From Squalus acanthias (taxonomy: Eukaryota), in NCBI GenBank assembly GCA_030390025.1, contig CM059432.1:147438001-147502000 (forward strand): DNA of 64,000 nucleotides, in the 5' to 3' direction. The notes under the pieces are model-generated. The model was not told the origin of the DNA. It did not search any database and was given only the letters and a program-made list of their open reading frames with translations. Shown here piece by piece: positions 62,273 to 64,000 of this stretch; the first letter of the stretch is position 1; each line of letters opens with the position of its first letter. Both the position numbers and the translations under genes were made by a program.

Positions 62273-62371
62273 AAAAATCACCACATCTCCTGCGCTACCC
62301 CAGATGTACCAGTCCTTTTACCCTGCAACAGATTCCTGTGGCCTGATAATGGCTTATCTCATGGAACACAA

Positions 62372-62495
62372 AAGCAAAATACTGCGGATGCTGGAAATCT
62401 GAAATAAAAACAGAAAATGCTGGAAATACTCAGCAGGTCAGGCAGCATCTGTGGAGAGAGAAACAGAGTTAACGTTTCAGGTCGATGACCCTTCA
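62372..62495 (-). mobile_element. Penelope family B pLTR stub truncated inside the hammerhead core
   Basis: Minus strand begins TGAAGGGTCATCGACCTGAAACGTTAACTCTG. Confidence 0.88.
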
Positions 62496-63794
62496 TGGCT
62501 TTGTCCCCAGCAAGGGTGTCAGTCTCACCCAGAGCCCATCAAAAGGAATAAGACTAGAATTCACCTGAGTCTGGGAAATTGGCTGTGGTCAGGGGCTGAG
62601 TATTTTGACATGGGGAAAATTGTTTCTCTTATTTTCAGCATAAGCTATTTCAATTACTGAGAAAACAAAGATGGTAGTAGAAGAAATTTGTAAGAAATTT
62701 ACAGAGTTATTTGATTAATTCCCTTTCTGTTTTCCATTATTAAGACATATTGCTGACTGCTAATATTTGATTTATTATTTTCATGGCTTTAGTAGTTCTT
62801 TATTGGTAGTTTTTGACTCACTTTTCTTGCATTTGATTGATAGATTCCCTACCTTTGCAGTTGCGATTTGTTGCCATTTCATGAGTATGAAAGTTAAGCC
62901 AATCAAATGCAAGAAATTTGCATATACAAAGGTGTGACACCTTTAAGTGTGACACAGGAATTCTGAAAATCAGGCAATGTTTACATACATACCATTTTCA
63001 CATTGTATTGCTCTAGTTCTTCAGGCTTGATTGTTGATCACTGTTTTCTCCATAAATTCAGCTCTCACTTTGCTAATTTGTCAGGGGATACAGTCAACAT
63101 CATCCACAATGAAAACTATTGTGATTTTTTTTTTAGGGAAGCATCCTACCATATTGTTAGTTCCCTAAATTCCTACAATGACCTAACTATATTATGAATG
63201 CTGTGCCTATTATGTAATAAGGGTGTTATGGTGTGTGATTCTTTGGCCATTTTTTCATTGAAGGGCCTTGAGTGTAAGTTATGTTACGATATTCATTTTT
63301 TAGCAAAGCTTGCCTAAAATGGGTTAATTCTCAAGAGGGGCCCAGGCTGATGGTAATTACAATGCAGGGTGGGCAGTTGCTTTACACTGTTCCCAAACAA
63401 TGATCATTTTGTTAACAAAGCCTGGCCTTTCAGGAAGACATGGAACACCTTGATGTGGAGAAACTCTTTTGATCTCCATTAGTCTTTGAAGAAAGGGTTT
63501 TGAAAATCAAGACAATCGCTGAAAAGACTGTGAAGGGAGTAAACCACTGTCATGGGTGGTAGAACAGGGCACAGAGAGATAGATTGTTTTTAAATTGAGT
63601 TTGACGGCACACAGCAGTGTGGTGGTGCTTGGTGTCTATAGTATAATATGGATTAGAGGTTAAACCTCGAGGAATAGACTTCCTGAATGAGATATAAAAT
63701 GTACTATTTCACAAGCAGCCCACTAAATGTGTCTAACTAGTGTATAGGCGAAGAGAGTTGACAGCTGCTGCTTGTTTCAGAGCTACCCTGAACC

Positions 63795-64000
63795 CTGGAG
63801 TCATACCTAGCACAAAGGAAGATGGTTGTGGTGGTTGAAGGTCAATCATCACAGCCACAGGACATCGCTGCAGGAGTTCCTCAGGCAGTGTCCGAGGCCC
63901 AACCATCTTCAGCTGCTTCATCCATGACCTTCCCTCCAACATAAGGTCAGAAATGGGGATGTTCGCTGATGACTGCACAGTGTTCAGTGCCATTCGCAAC
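63795..64000 (+). mobile_element. CR1/Jockey-group LINE RT fragment running off the window
   Basis: LESYLAQRKMVVVV..QSS...AGVPQG..GPTIFSCFIHDLP...MFADDCT. Confidence 0.88.

Overview
Vertebrate-type, almost entirely repeat-derived genomic DNA. The repeat families present (CR1 LINEs with 8-bp microsatellite tails, Deu-domain SINEs, an HE1/V-SINE-like piece, abundant PIF/Harbinger elements) point to a cartilaginous fish; this is an inference. I could not recognise a host protein-coding exon, so the window looks intronic or intergenic. It holds about 20 CR1 fragments (one ORF1 with zinc-finger/leucine-zipper and SGNH esterase), L2, RTE and another CR1/Jockey-group LINE. It also holds many Harbinger elements: one HARBI1-like transposase remnant, at least six spliced Myb/SANT-gene remnants and several TIR-bounded MITEs. 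Two Penelope-like (PLE) families are present. The most interesting signal is in the PLEs. Both carry minimal hammerhead ribozyme motifs. Four insertions are fold-back hairpins, and these plus one non-inverted stub have 11-14 bp target-site duplications. In four short copies the 5' end or inversion point lies at, or within about 10 nt of, the predicted ribozyme cleavage site. All coordinates were read by eye and are approximate at degenerate ends.
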